Positions 15,264-27,807 of a stretch of DNA of 64,000 bases are shown here, piece after piece (the stretch's first letter is position 1; each line of letters opens with the position of its first letter). Location of the stretch: assembly GCA_964016885.1 (NCBI GenBank), contig OZ024741.1:15438001-15502000 (forward strand), in the 5' to 3' direction. The stretch is from Eledone cirrhosa (Eukaryota). The notes beneath the pieces are model-generated. The model was given only the letters and a program-made list of their open reading frames with translations. It was not told where the DNA came from and searched no databases. The position numbers were made by a program, and so were the translations under genes.

Positions 15264-16548
15264 CGTATTTGGTAAAAAAGTAGAGATTCAGCTCTTTCAG
15301 CCACTCACTGAAGCAATTTTGGTATAGCATCGTTGGATTACTTTAACGCTATGTAGTGGCCCCATAACTGTATCCAGACAGCTGTGAAAAAATGCCCGCC
15401 ACAACTCCTTTATGGTCTTTTCTAGTCTTCCCTTCTGAATATACTCAGAATCCATCCTTTCCACATCGTAACCATCTTAGCAATATACACATGAAATTAC
15501 ACATCAATAAGTCATATCGACCCTTAGGTCAGGAACTAATTGTGACACTGGGATACCATTCCTTCCTAATACTCTACAGCTTAACTGCAGTCTGTTAAAA
15601 TATTTATATTTATCTTAATTTTCCGAGAGAATACACGAGTCTAACCGATAAACATTGGTATTTTAACTAAATTGTGTTTCTTTAGAGATTATAATGCACA
15701 CAGTATTATTTTAAAGCAATGCTATATGTAATGATATATTAAAACAGTTGATGTTTGAAATGATTTGCTTCACTCACATCCTAATTTCAAGCTGCTGTTA
15801 TTTAACCCCAGGTCAGCCTTGATCGAATAAACATATATTCAAAGGTTTTCAAGTCGTAACCGTTTCATTCTTTCTTTGTTTCTTTAGATTGTATAATTAG
15901 AATAGCATTATCAAATATGTCCTTCCATTTAAAAAATGATAAATCGTGAGTTGAGCGATATTTGGCTGCTATTTCACATCCTAATCGTTACATTGGTGTA
16001 ACTGGAAGTACATAATGAAATATATCCTTCCATTTTAAAGATAAGGCGTGATTATGGCGAGATTTGGCTGCTATTTCCAGACGTAACCATCATTTTCATT
16101 CCATTTTCTCCCGGATAATGCAATCAAAAGTATGTTATCAATATTTCTTTTCTTTTTTAAAAATAATGAAATGAGAATTATACAAGATTTGGCTGTTATT
16201 TTTGGCACGTCAATCGACATTATATTTTATGGTTAGCTGTTAGGAAGAAGCAATCACCCTCAATGACTGTTGGTCAGTTATTCAAATGGCTGATGTCCAA
16301 TTACTCAGTCGGTTATCTCCAGGAATGACTAAGCACTCCTTTCATTAGTCCTAAGTTTTAGAAATGAGGGGGAGGTCACAATTACAATAAACTGAAGATT
16401 AACTGCCTCAAGTAGCTTCCATTCAACTGGTTCAACTGTCAGATATCCGAGGTGATACAGATATAATTACATTTTTATATCTGTTAGCAATCTATAATCA
16501 TATCAAATACACATCCATCCATACATCCTCACACACACACACACACAT

Positions 16549-16596
<48 letters not shown>

Positions 16597-16854
16597 ATGT
16601 GTGTGTGTGTATGTGAGTTGGTTTGTTCATTTTTTACAACATAGATAGGATGTTTCAGCAAAGCGAGTGTTCAATGAAGCTCCTCGGAGAAGTAATTCTC
16701 TGAAGAAGCTCAGCAACTGCCTTCTCTTGTTTACGTCACTATTACCTTCTTACACTTTGTTTACAGTAACCACACAGCCTGCCTCTTTACTTGTATATAT
16801 ATATATATCACATAAGACACGGAGAATCAGTGGTGCGACAAATTAAAATTTATT

Positions 16855-16951
16855 AGACATATTACAATCGTTTCTCTGGCGACCAGCTCGAGGCACGATC
16901 GATGCTATGATCGAACTTGTTTCTGAAATCGCAAGATCCTCAGATACGTCT
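16855..16951 (-). ncRNA. Type-I hammerhead ribozyme (family E, left arm)
   Basis: Reverse-complement copy of 17000-17096 with the core intact. Confidence 0.75.
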
Positions 16952-16999
16952 CGATTCTTCGAAGCAGAGTTTCCTTTGGAACTTATCTGAGGATCTTCG

Positions 17000-17096
17000 A
17001 GACGTATCTGAGGATCTTGCGATTTCAGAGTCAGGTTCGATCATTGCATCGATCTTGCCTCGAGCTGGTCGCCAGAGAAACGATTGTAATATGTCT
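17000..17096 (+). ncRNA. Type-I hammerhead ribozyme with long helix II, predicted cleavage after GUA (17088)
   Basis: AGACGTAT-CTGAGGA-TCTTGCGA...TCGCCAGA-GAAA-CGATTGTA-ATATGTCT. Confidence 0.8.
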
Positions 17097-17141
17097 AATA
17101 AATTTTATTCGTAGCACCACTGATTCTCCGTTTCTTATGTG

Positions 17142-17271
<130 letters not shown>

Positions 17272-17341
17272 ATGTGCGTGTATCTACGTATCTACGTGTG
17301 TATAAATACACACACACATATATCTGGACATGTGTGTGCAG

Positions 17342-17516
17342 ATCCCGCTTAAAATCGGGGGTAACCACTGTAAGTAAGGTACCCAATATAACGAAATCTA
17401 AAATATAAATGGCTTCTAAGGGATTAGAACTGTTTCATTCGTATGAAATCAGATGATCTCATACGAATGAAACAGTTCTAGTCCCGTAGAAGCCATTTCT
17501 ATTTTAGATTTCGTTA
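17342..17516. mobile_element. Palindromic mini-element family F
   Basis: Inverted arms around about 17453; related copies near 20728-20765, 23657-23910, 36375-36478, 39188-39383. Confidence 0.75.
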
Positions 17517-17634
17517 TATATATACATATATATATATATAGGGGGAGTCGATCGACTTTCGTCAAATCGGACCGAGGAAACAATGTTTCCGTTGGTCTTT
17601 CCAATTGCTAATACTATCTTTCGGTCGCAACTCC

Positions 17635-17759
17635 AGGTTGAAGGAGCAACGTGAAATAAAGTTTCTTGCTCAAGGACATAACGCATCGCTCCGTCCAGGA
17701 ATCGAACTGACAACCTCACGTTTACGAATTCAATTCTCTAACCAATCAGCCACACGCCT
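17635..17759 (-). mobile_element. tRNA-derived SINE (family S2)
   Basis: Minus strand GGCGTGTGGCTGATTGGTT (A box)...GTTCGATTCC (B box); related fragment near 13615-13672. Confidence 0.75.
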
Positions 17760-18604
17760 TCACACACACACACACACTCATATATCTGTGTCACGTGATT
17801 GATTCTTTAGAATCGGCCATTTGACTTGAAGCAGTGAGAATTTCGGTACATAGAATCCAGTCCTCGCAAGCTGTTCGATCTACCGAATTATTATTATTTT
17901 TATATGAGCCGCCAGTGTCCGCGCATTGCCTGGAGACTTAACTGAGAATAGACTCCCTGATGACGCAATGAATTCTCGACAGTTGGATTACGTAACTGTC
18001 TTTATCCCATTGCAGAAACTAATTAGTTGGAGTGAAAATTTAAGTAAAAAATTTTTTTAAAAAATTTTTTTTAAAAGATATTTTCTTATTTTACGTCTTT
18101 TATATTATTGTTCTGCATTCTCCTGCATTGAACCACCTAGGTACTATGACATAACCTGTGTATTTGCTAGCATGGGCGTGCATCTGTGCGCTTATGTTAA
18201 TTGATATATTAAATTATCTATATATATATATATATATATAGTCCAGAAATAGCCGTCGAAACGTCTTGAGCTCTGCCGTCGGGGTTAAACATTTTCCTAT
18301 TACCCACTCTACTACCTAAGTATTGAGTACTCTGGTGCGTTATGGTCCACCTGGTTCTTTACCACACCTCCTTCGTTATATATATATATATATATAATAT
18401 ATATAGAGAGGTAGAACACTGGAAGGTAATATCCGTAGTGGTAGAGCACTCAGTCCATGGGACGAGTTAGGTAGAAGTGGTTACACGAAACTGCTGAGCC
18501 ACATATGGTCACTCAAGGACTCAAGTATAGACTACTCCATTCAATGGAAAGCCATCACTAAGTCCAAGCCATACGCAAGAATACTCTGATGGCTGGATAA
18601 TCTT

Positions 18605-19055
18605 TAAGATTTTCCTCGATAAAGAAGGAAAAATGCAGGTTTTCACCTAATGCGGGCCCTAGGGGATCAAGAAAATGAATTTTTTTTATGTGCATAATAT
18701 GCCTTAAAATTTCGGGAAAATCGGCTTAGAAAAGCCCTAAAAAGCTGTAAGAAAGGCCATAAAAAAGTTGGATTTTCTTTGCTCACGGTATGAAGAAGAG
18801 ACTGACTAATACATACAATTTCAAGGAAATTGGTCTGATGTAACGCCTCAAAAAAACCCTAAAAAGCTGAAAAACGCAGTTTTTCACCTAATGCGGGCCC
18901 TAGGGGATAAAAAAGTTGAATATTTTTATGTCCATAACACTCCCTGAAACATAAGTAATACACATGTAAAGTTTGGAAAAAATCAGTAGGGTACTTCTCG
19001 AGTTTTAGGGGTTGAACCTCACAGACACACACCGGGTGGTTTTCTGCTAGTCGAT
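18605..19055 (+). mobile_element. Probable non-autonomous Helitron/DINE-1-like element
   Basis: Internal direct repeat TTTTCACCTAATGCGGGCCCTAGGGGA (about 18640 and 18882); CATGTAAAGTTTGGAAAAAATCAG...ACAGACAC motif resembles such elements. Confidence 0.4.
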
Positions 19056-19162
19056 ATATATTTAACACACACACAAACACAAACACAGACACACACACAC
19101 ACACATACATATATATATATACACCCATGTTCATATTTTGAGATGCATTATTCTCAAATCAG

Positions 19163-19268
19163 GTTAACCCGCCGAGGTTAACTTTGCCTTTCATTCTTAC
19201 GGGGTCGATAAAATAAAGTACCAGTAATACACTGGGTAATTGCTGGCCTTGTGCCAAAAGTAGAAACA
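19163..19268 (+). mobile_element. SINE S1, 5'-truncated, 16-bp TSD
   Basis: ATTATTCTCAAATCAG at 19147-19162 and 19269-19284. Confidence 0.9.
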
Positions 19269-19611
19269 ATTATTCTCAAATCAGATTATTATCTCTGACA
19301 GGAAGAACCAGTTTATAATTTTTAAGAAAAATTAAGCATACAGACATATTTTAGGAAACTTATGAATTCCTGTACACACACACACACACACAAACACTTA
19401 CACAGATACACACACCACACGCACAGACAGACACACACGCATACAGACACATACGCTAACACACACATACCATACACACACTCATACATACGCACATATG
19501 CACACACGCTAACACACACATACACACGCACATACACACTTAAACCTATATATATGTATATATATAGAGACATACATAATATACATATATAATATATATA
19601 TATAATATATA

Positions 19612-19655
<44 letters not shown>

Positions 19656-20229
19656 CACACACACACACATATAACACACACCCATATATACAACACACAC
19701 ACGCACACACATACACACACACATATAACACACACACACATATATAACACACACACGCACACACATGCACACACACACATACACACACACATACACACAC
19801 ACATATAACACACACATATAATACACACACACACGCATACACACACATATAACACACACACTCACGCATACACACACATATAACACACACACACATATAT
19901 ATATATTATATGCTCAGCCCCAGTGAGTTGGTTAAAACATCAAAAGCCAGTCTTAATGTTGTCGTCTGTAAATTCAAAGAACTCGGCTGTGTCTGGCTAG
20001 ATCTCCATGGTAACTACGCCAAGGTCGCGCGTGCCATGGCTGGGAACGCAGGTGTCACGTGCTGGCCTAGAACGCTGGTTGTTGGAATCAGTGGTCGACG
20101 ACATAACATATATATTATATGTGTGTGGAACAGTATAAATATTTCTTCGTATTTACTAACATATATATATATATTATATATTATATATACATACATTATA
20201 TATATATTATTAATATATTACATACGTAC

Positions 20230-20268
<39 letters not shown>

Positions 20269-20324
20269 TAAAGTTTAAGCAAAGAATCGCTGCTTTCACC
20301 CTTAACGGGATCTTCTGAAACTAA

Positions 20325-20357
<33 letters not shown>

Positions 20358-20361
<4 letters not shown>

Positions 20362-20704
20362 AAAAAGAGATGAAATCGAAAATGCAACTGGAGTCTTATT
20401 TTTTTTTTTTAAATATATATATTTATTTGGTTCCTTTACCGGTTTCGCGGTTCTTCTGCTTTTCAAAAGGTGAGTTGAGATGGACGGTCTGTGAGAAAAA
20501 CCACAGACCCTCCATCTCAACTCACCTTTTGAAAAGCAGAATAACTGCGAAAACGGTAAAGGAACCAAATAAATATATATATTTAAAAAAATAAATAAAT
20601 AAGACTCCAGTTGCATTTTCGATTTCATCTCTTTTTCTTTATACTTTCACTCGTGTAGGACACCTCGGTTATTTTTCAATTTGTAAAAAAAACCTCACTT
20701 TCTA
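20358..20704 (+). mobile_element. Palindromic mini-element family G in (TA)n; HHR copies at 20433-20470 (-) and 20525-20562 (+), each with a helix mismatch
   Basis: Inverted arms around about 20495 plus about 65-bp tail; same family clustered at 48890-49890. Confidence 0.85.
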
Positions 20705-20921
20705 ATATATATATATATATATATATATTCCTGGTGATTTCTCAAGAATGAAACAGTTCTAGTCTATATATTACACACACAGAAATGTATATATATTTCT
20801 TAGAACAAAATTATTATTAATGTTTTGCTGTTCATAACAATTGGAATTGAAAAATTACTTTTGAAATTATTAGTTATTTTACTAATGCTTAGATATGTAA
20901 AAATGAAGCAATATTTCTAAT

Positions 20922-21111
20922 AATTGTTTCTACTTTTGGCACAAGGCCAGCAATTACCCAGTACATTACTGGTACTTTATTTTATCGACCCCGTGAGGAT
21001 GAAAGGCAAAGTTAACCTCGGCGGTATTTGAACTCAGACCGTAAAGGGACGTAACTCCATGCTATGAAGCATGGTGTCCGACTCTCTACAGATTCTGCCA
21101 ATCCACCGCCC
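20922..21111 (-). mobile_element. SINE S1, full length
   Basis: Reverse complement of 27883-28067. Confidence 0.9.
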
Positions 21112-21405
21112 TAATGTCTGTACGTAATGAGGGAGTGAGAGGGGAGAGAAAGAAAGGCAGAGGTGAAGTGACGAAGTGACTCTCTCCTCCTCATCCTCCT
21201 CCTCCTCCAACTCCCCATTCGTCACAGCGATAGAGGGGAGGAATGTTAGTGTGTTACAAAGAGAAAGAGTGAGAGTGAGAGCAACAGACAGACTAAAAGA
21301 GAGGAATAGCTGGAGAGAGAGAGAGATAGCAACCACGCGCGCACGTGTTTCCACTGTCGGACGGACAGACAGACAGAGAAATTGCTGGTTATATATTATA
21401 AGGAG

Positions 21406-21830
21406 ATATGACCCTCCCCAAGTATAACACTATATATATATATATATATATATATAACAATATGACCCTCCCCAAGTATAACACTATATATATATATATA
21501 TATATATATAACAATATGACCCTCCCCAAGTATAACACTATATATATATATATATATATATAACAATATGACCCTCCCCAAGTATAACACTATATATATA
21601 TATATATAACAATATGACCCTCCCCAAGTATAACACTATATATATATATATATATATAACAATATGACCCTCCCCAAGTATAACACTATATATATATATA
21701 TATATAACAATATGACCCTCCCCAAGTATAACACTATATATATATATATATAACAATATGACCCTCCCCAAGTATAACACTATATATATATATATAACAA
21801 TATGACCCTCCCAAGTATAACACTATATAT
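21406..21830 (+). repeat. Nine copies of (ACA)ATATGACCCTCCCCAAGTATAACAC separated by variable (TA)n
   Basis: Direct count; unit matches 24947-24973 and resembles the PLE1 3' region at 9385-9410. Confidence 0.9.
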
Positions 21831-22582
21831 ATATATACACACACACATGTGTGTTGAGGGTGTGTGTAGAGAAAGATTCCATGGAGTAATCAGTAAAACA
21901 CATCTCCCAGAGATGCCAATTTTTGATTCGTGGAGACAAAAGGAAGTTAATTGAAGTTTACCATAATAATTGGATGCACACGATTAAATATCATTAACTA
22001 GCAATGAATGGCAGAGAAGCAAACACACACATATATACACACTGACACTCACATACATAAACACACACATACACACACAAACATACACACTGACACTCAC
22101 ATACATACACAAACAGACACAAAAACGCACTCACAAGCCAACACACATTTATACAAACACAGTGACACTCATACAGAAACTCACACACAACCGCACACAA
22201 ACACCCATACAAACTTACTCCCACACAATCACACACAAATATATATATATACAGAATTCCACGCAATGATATTTACCAAACTGCTATCGATCTCGCCCTT
22301 TCCGATGATTCCCTGATAAATAATTTATAAGAGGATATAGAAAATGATGTATTCAATATGGTGGAGTAGCGTAGTGGTTGGAGAGATGGGGGAGAGGTCG
22401 ATGCAGGCGTTTGAATTTGCATAGGTCTGCCGTTATATATATATATATATATATAGCAACAAGTTTAACCCCGACGGCAGAGCTCAAGCCGTTTCGACAG
22501 CTATTTCTGGATCCCAGAAATAGCCGTCGCAACGGCTTGAGCTCTGCCGTCGGGGTTAAACTTTTTCCTATTACCCACTCTA

Positions 22583-22656
<74 letters not shown>

Positions 22657-22874
22657 TATATATCTTTTTCATTCATATATATTTTTATTTGTCTGACCCG
22701 AATTCTCTTGGTCGCGTTTTTCGGCTGTGCGAATGATTGTTAAAGCATCGTCTCAGTGTGTTGGTATTTAAACGTTAGTTATAGCTCTGGTTTATCCAAA
22801 CTATTGAGCACTTTGAAACACATTTCGAACATTGTGTTTCGTTATTTCGTGGGCCGAGGTTCCGATTCTCGATA

Positions 22875-22935
<61 letters not shown>

Positions 22936-23096
22936 GTCGATCTCGGATTTACAGAAACCTGGCGTGGATGTTGTATGTTATATGTGATGTATTTTGAATG
23001 CTATACGTTATGCGTTATGTGTTGCATTCGATGTCCACGTGATGGTCCAGGTCAGTCAAAATCTTTTCCTGTGTTCAGTTTTTTTGTTGCTATGTT

Positions 23097-23638
23097 TAGA
23101 CGCAATGTTTAGACAAATCACAGAGGCAATAAACATAAATGAACTCCAACCAAATTAAATAGAAAACATGAATGGAATAGCAACATCACAACTTACAATT
23201 AAGGACAAAATGAAAACACACATACACATAGAACAAACAACCAACCAGTAACATGTAAATAAACAAATAAATAAACAAATACACACACAGACACCCAGAT
23301 GTAACACATGCGCAAACTAAGCACACAACACACACAAAAACAAGATGGCGTAGGACAGAACAAAGGAGGCACAAAATCAAAGAAAAGAATCCCCAGTCAC
23401 TGAAGAGGTCACAGAATGTGTGACGAAAGAACTTTGACAATATATGAACAATCGTCTGGTTGTGGAACCAACCAACCAACCGGAAATTTATAAATTCTTA
23501 AATTTATAATAAATTGAAGTGAAAGCAACTGGTGCGTGTGTTTCTTATTGGCAACATGACCCTCCCAAAGCATAACAATATCGGTTTCAACACACGTTTT
23601 CATATAAAGAATCTTGCTAAACAAATTTAGAAACGAAA
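23097..23638 (+). mobile_element. 5'-truncated PLE1 copy (end of GIY-YIG plus 3' region)
   Basis: Colinear with about 8927-9467; ends in (TA)n. Confidence 0.9.
23396..23438 (+). ncRNA. Type-I minimal hammerhead ribozyme of PLE1, predicted cleavage after CUU (23434)
   Basis: GTCA-CTGAAGA-G-GTCACA gaatg TGTGAC-GAAA-GAACTT-TGAC. Confidence 0.8.
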
Positions 23639-23929
23639 TATATATATATATATATATATCCCGAGTTAAAACGGGGATAACCACAGTTAATAAGGTGCCC
23701 ACTATAATATAGTGTGAACATCAATATTAAACATAGAAATGGATTCTACAGGACTAGAACTGTTACATTCGTATGAAATCATCAGGAATGCCGTTGGAAA
23801 TTTCAGTACTAGTCTTGTAGAAGCCTTTTCTATATAAACTTCTGTCTTCATTCTACACATGTATTGAGTTCCTTATTTACTGTGGTTAAATCCGACTCAA
23901 CTCTGGACCTACTTATATACATACATATA

Positions 23930-24815
23930 CGAGGTGTGTCAGAAAAATTCCAGGACTGATGTCGCAAAAGATTTATTTCAAACCCAAACTTCACACTAAG
24001 AGTTTTCTCCTTCAAAGTAATCCCCCTGGAGTATGTAACTGTAATCTTAGCTCTCTGCAGCGATCAAACTTTTTTCTTCTTAATTTTATATACATGTCCT
24101 CTGTTTCAGGTCGTCAAGCAATGAGCACAGAGCAACGAACAAACTTGAAGTTTCTGGTACGGTTGGGGAAAACTCCGTCAGAAGCACTGGGATTGCTGCA
24201 GCAAGTGTATGGAGATAAGACGATGTCACGCTCATGTGTTTTTGAGTGGTGCAAGATGACCCCAGGAGCGGAAGGCCCTCAACAACCAGGACTGAGGTCA
24301 ACGATGAGCGCGTCAGGCAGATGGTGCTTAGCGATCGTCGGCTGACAGTTCGACTGATGGCAAATGAGCTGGGCATGAATCGGGACAGCGTCTGGAAGAT
24401 GCTCACTGAAGATTTGGACATGCGGAAAGTCTGCGTGAAGATGGTGCCAAAACTGCTGAACGATGACTAGAAGGGTCGACGCATGCAAGTGTGCCAGGAC
24501 ATCCTCGAGCGTCTTGAAAGCGAACCAGACTTGCTAGGGACAGTCATCACCGGTGATGAGTCAAGGATCTTCGAGTACGACCCGGAGGGGACCCGTTTTG
24601 AAGACGTGGACAACCTCAAAAAGGCCGTGACGACGGAACTGTGGAGGATCCCGGAAGAATCCTTCCAGGAGTACATGCAAGCGTGGTAGAAAAGGATGGA
24701 AAAGTGCATTAGACTCCAGGGGAATTACTTTGAAGGAGAAAACTCTTAGTGTGAAGTTTGGGTTTGAAATAAATCTTTTGTGACATCAGTCCTGGAACTT
24801 TTCTGACACACCTCG
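23930..24815 (+). mobile_element. Internally deleted mariner transposon with about 103-bp TIRs and TA TSD
   Basis: TA|CGAGGTGTGTCAGAAAA...TTTTCTGACACACCTCG|TA; peptides EQRTNLKFLVRLGKT, DDPRSGRPST, KMVPKLL, ITGDESRIFEYDPE, GNYFEG; frameshifted, catalytic core deleted. Confidence 0.93.
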
Positions 24816-25006
24816 TATATATATTGGTCAACCAATGATAAACGTTGATTGCCAAATAAATTAATTATGGAGATATAAAAGATACAGGAGCGAAAACCAA
24901 CCAAACAGTGATGTGTTCTGTTATTATTTTTGGCAATATTATTACAACAATATGACCCTCCCCAAGTATAACAATATATGTATATATATATATAGGAACC
25001 AGTAAG

Positions 25007-25100
25007 ACCCCGACGGCTGAGCTCAAGCTGTTTCGACGGCTAATTCTGGACTAAATGAAAATTTATCCTGGTATTTAAATAGCCGATCTTCTCAAGGGGT
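25007..25100 (-). ncRNA. Hammerhead ribozyme in the inverted pLTR of PLE2 (one helix III mismatch)
   Basis: Reverse complement of 27076-27169. Confidence 0.7.
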
Positions 25101-25244
25101 AATTCCATATATGGTCAAAGTGATTGTCAAAAGTCAGTAGTAATTCTGTGATTGCAAATTAGTAGGGGAGATGGTGGCTAAACCTGCCAGTAGGAGAAAG
25201 AGGGGAGGGGGTGGAGTAGACCCAATCAAGCGTTGGTAGTGCCA

Positions 25245-25969
25245 TTAGCGGAACCAGCAGGAGACACCGCCGCTCACGCAATGTAACATGGTTCAATCCT
25301 CCCCACAACGCAGAGGTGACAACTCCCATCGGGGAACTATTCTTTAGGCTCATTGAAAAACACTTCCCACTACAACACCGCTACCACAACATAATTAACA
25401 AAAATACCATCAAACTCTCTTACAGCACTACACCAAACTTCGCACAAAACATCGTCTCCTCTAACAACAAAAAACTCAACCCCGATGGCAGAAATAACCT
25501 AAATAGCAGTGGAGAACCGACCAGGAGGTGTAACTGTCCGGATAGATCCATTTGCCCACTCGACAATAGATGCAGAGACCGTAATGTGATCTACCAGTGC
25601 AACGTGAGAACGGATACCTCCAACAAAGCCTATATAGGACTTACCGCATGTGACTTCAAGACCCGGCTATACCAACATAGACATACCTTCCGAAACCCAG
25701 CCCGGCGTCACGCCACTACACTTTCGGGCCACATATGGGACCTCAAGGACAACAACATCACCTATGATCTCACTTGGAGATTACTGTCCAGAGCCAATTC
25801 TTACACGGGAGGACGCCGTCCGTGCAATTTATGCTCGGAGGAAACTTTACAAATGCTGTTTTCGACGGACCAACTCCTAAACAAGAAAGATGAACTGGTT
25901 ACTGCATGTAAACATAGATTGCGTAGGACTTACCTCGCCCTCAAACCCCATAATGACCCAGGGGGGTAG
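25245..25969 (+). pseudogene. PLE linker plus GIY-YIG endonuclease (open frame, 5'-truncated)
   Basis: RNVTWFNPP, KHFP, IKLSYS, CNCPDRSICPLDNRC, NVIYQC...AYIGLT...FKTRLYQH, CNLCSEE, LLNKKDE. Confidence 0.9.
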
Positions 25970-27075
25970 ACTAGGGCTATAACACCCCACTTGCTGATTT
26001 TGCAATGGGTAACCCCTGCTTGCCAATGGAGAGGTAAGATCTTCTCTTTATTCTTTTATCGCTCCTTTATTTCCTTCCCCCATCCCTCCTTAGTCCTTCT
26101 ACCCCAGCTCTTCTTCTTTGTCGGTGTCTTTTCTCGCCCACCCGAGGCTGCCCTTTGGCCCCTTGTAGCCTTAGTACCCCCACCCCCTCCCCTAGTCTAT
26201 GATAGATTTGGCGGACTCCGCTTTTTATAGCAGTTGGTTTAGACCCCGGATACTTGCCCCCTTTTTCCGACCGCTCCCACTATTTTCCGTGCCTTCTATA
26301 TTTCTTAGTGGCACTTATGCCTTATTTTCTCGTTTCAGTATTTCTTTCTTCGCTTTTCTTTTGGGCGGGGTGGATTCTGAATTTATTTTTCCGTATTCTA
26401 CCTTTACTTCGTACGAACTTTCATGTAGCTTGTTTAAGATCTTTTAGAGTTAGCATTAGTATATATTTTTTTCGGGACTCAGAATTATTATCTCGTACTA
26501 GTCTACTTTGCTGCACTGGGTGGTTGCTGGCATTGTGCCCGGGATAGAAACCTTTATTATTTATTTCGTGGTAGTCTCTTTAGTATTTTGGCCCCATTTG
26601 TTGACCCGTCACCGTATGATTTACGTACTTATACCTCTTAAAAGGGTCCTTGCCTATTCCGTCCCACCTAGTTCATTTACTTATTTCGTTATTTCTTTAT
26701 TTATTTCTTTACTTCTTTCTTTCTTTATTTATTTATTTATCTAGCCTAACAAGCTAGAGACTTAGGTCGTAGAACTTGCTTTACTTTTTTCTTTACACTT
26801 ATTCGCTTTTCTTCACTCTCAGTATTTTTTCTTTCATATATATTTTTACCCCTCATTGTTCTACCTTCTGTTTCGACTTCCTTCCCCTCCCCCTCCCCAG
26901 TATCTTCTTTGACCTCAGGCCCAGCTGTAGCTGGCACTACCAACGCTTGATTGGGTCTACTCCACCCCCTCCCCTCTTTCTCCTACTGGCAGGTTTAGCC
27001 ACCATCTCCCCTACTAATTTGCAATCACAGAATTACTACTGACTTTTGACAATCACTTTAATCATATATGGAATT

Positions 27076-27169
27076 ACCCCTTGAGAAGATCGGCTATTTA
27101 AATACCAGGATAAATTTTCATTTAGTCCAGAATTAGCCGTCGAAACGGCTTGAGCTCAGCCGTCGGGGT
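27076..27169 (+). ncRNA. Type-I hammerhead ribozyme of PLE2, U3-A8 core variant, predicted cleavage after GUC (27164)
   Basis: ACCCC-TTGAGAA-GATCGGCTA...TAGCCGTC-GAAA-CGGCT tgagctc AGCCGTC-GGGGT. Confidence 0.82.
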
Positions 27170-27282
27170 CTTACTGGTTCCTATTACCCACTCTACTACC
27201 CCAAGTATTGAGTACTTTGGTGCGTTATGGTCCACCTGGTTCCTTACCACATTTCATTCGTTATATATCTATCTATCTATCT

Positions 27283-27788
27283 AAGGCGGGTAAAATTCCC
27301 GAGATCCATGGACGAGTTCTCTCCAGCGGTCTCTGTCCCTCATTATCACTGCCATGTCCTGCATCTCCAACAGACCAGTGTCTGTCCTTAGGGCATCAAC
27401 ATACGTTAACCTTGGTCTTCCTCTTCTAGTGTGTCCATGTAAGGTATCGGATGCTGAATTTGCCGACGACATAGTTTTGGTGACAAATACCGTGAAGGAG
27501 GCAGAGGATTTGATGCGGGAGGTTGAGACTGTGTCGATGAGTGTGGGGCTGAGAATGAATGAGACTAAAACAAAATATCTGGTAGAGAATGTTGAGAAGC
27601 CAAGGGGGATCACTAATGTAGGCGGGAAGCCGCTGGAATTGGTTGAGGACTTCCTGTATTTGGGAGCAAGGATTGGGAATACGGAAGATGATGTGGTTGA
27701 GAGGAAGAGCAAGGCCTGGGCGGCGTGCCACAGCTTGAGATCGGTGTGGAAGTCGGACCTTCGTAGAGACCTGAAAATCCGCCTCTTC
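27283..27788. mobile_element. RTE-clade LINE fragment with 5' inversion
   Basis: About 27446-27788 (+) encodes EFADDIVL...GLRMNETKTKY...EDFLYLG; 27283-27445 (-) encodes the ORF end RRGRPRLTYVD...DRDRWRELV followed by an (ATAG)n tail. Confidence 0.85.
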
Positions 27789-27807
27789 GTTATATATATA
27801 TATATAT

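Larger units (their letters stand above)
24995..27262 (+). mobile_element. Penelope-like element PLE2, 5'-truncated, with inverted 250-bp pseudo-LTR at its 5' end
   Basis: 24995-25244 is the reverse complement of 26932-27181; about 80-bp tail follows; flanked by (TA)n. Confidence 0.92.

Noticed and set aside
15770-16215. Repeated GATTTGGCTGCTATTT blocks
   Set aside because: Probably an old repeat family, but boundaries and class could not be defined.
17950-17990. CTGATGA as another hammerhead
   Set aside because: No downstream GAAA or closing helices; similar isolated matches near 16700 and 32200 were also dropped.
21406-21830. CRISPR-like repeat-spacer pattern
   Set aside because: Spacers are just (TA)n, there are no cas genes, and the context is eukaryotic.
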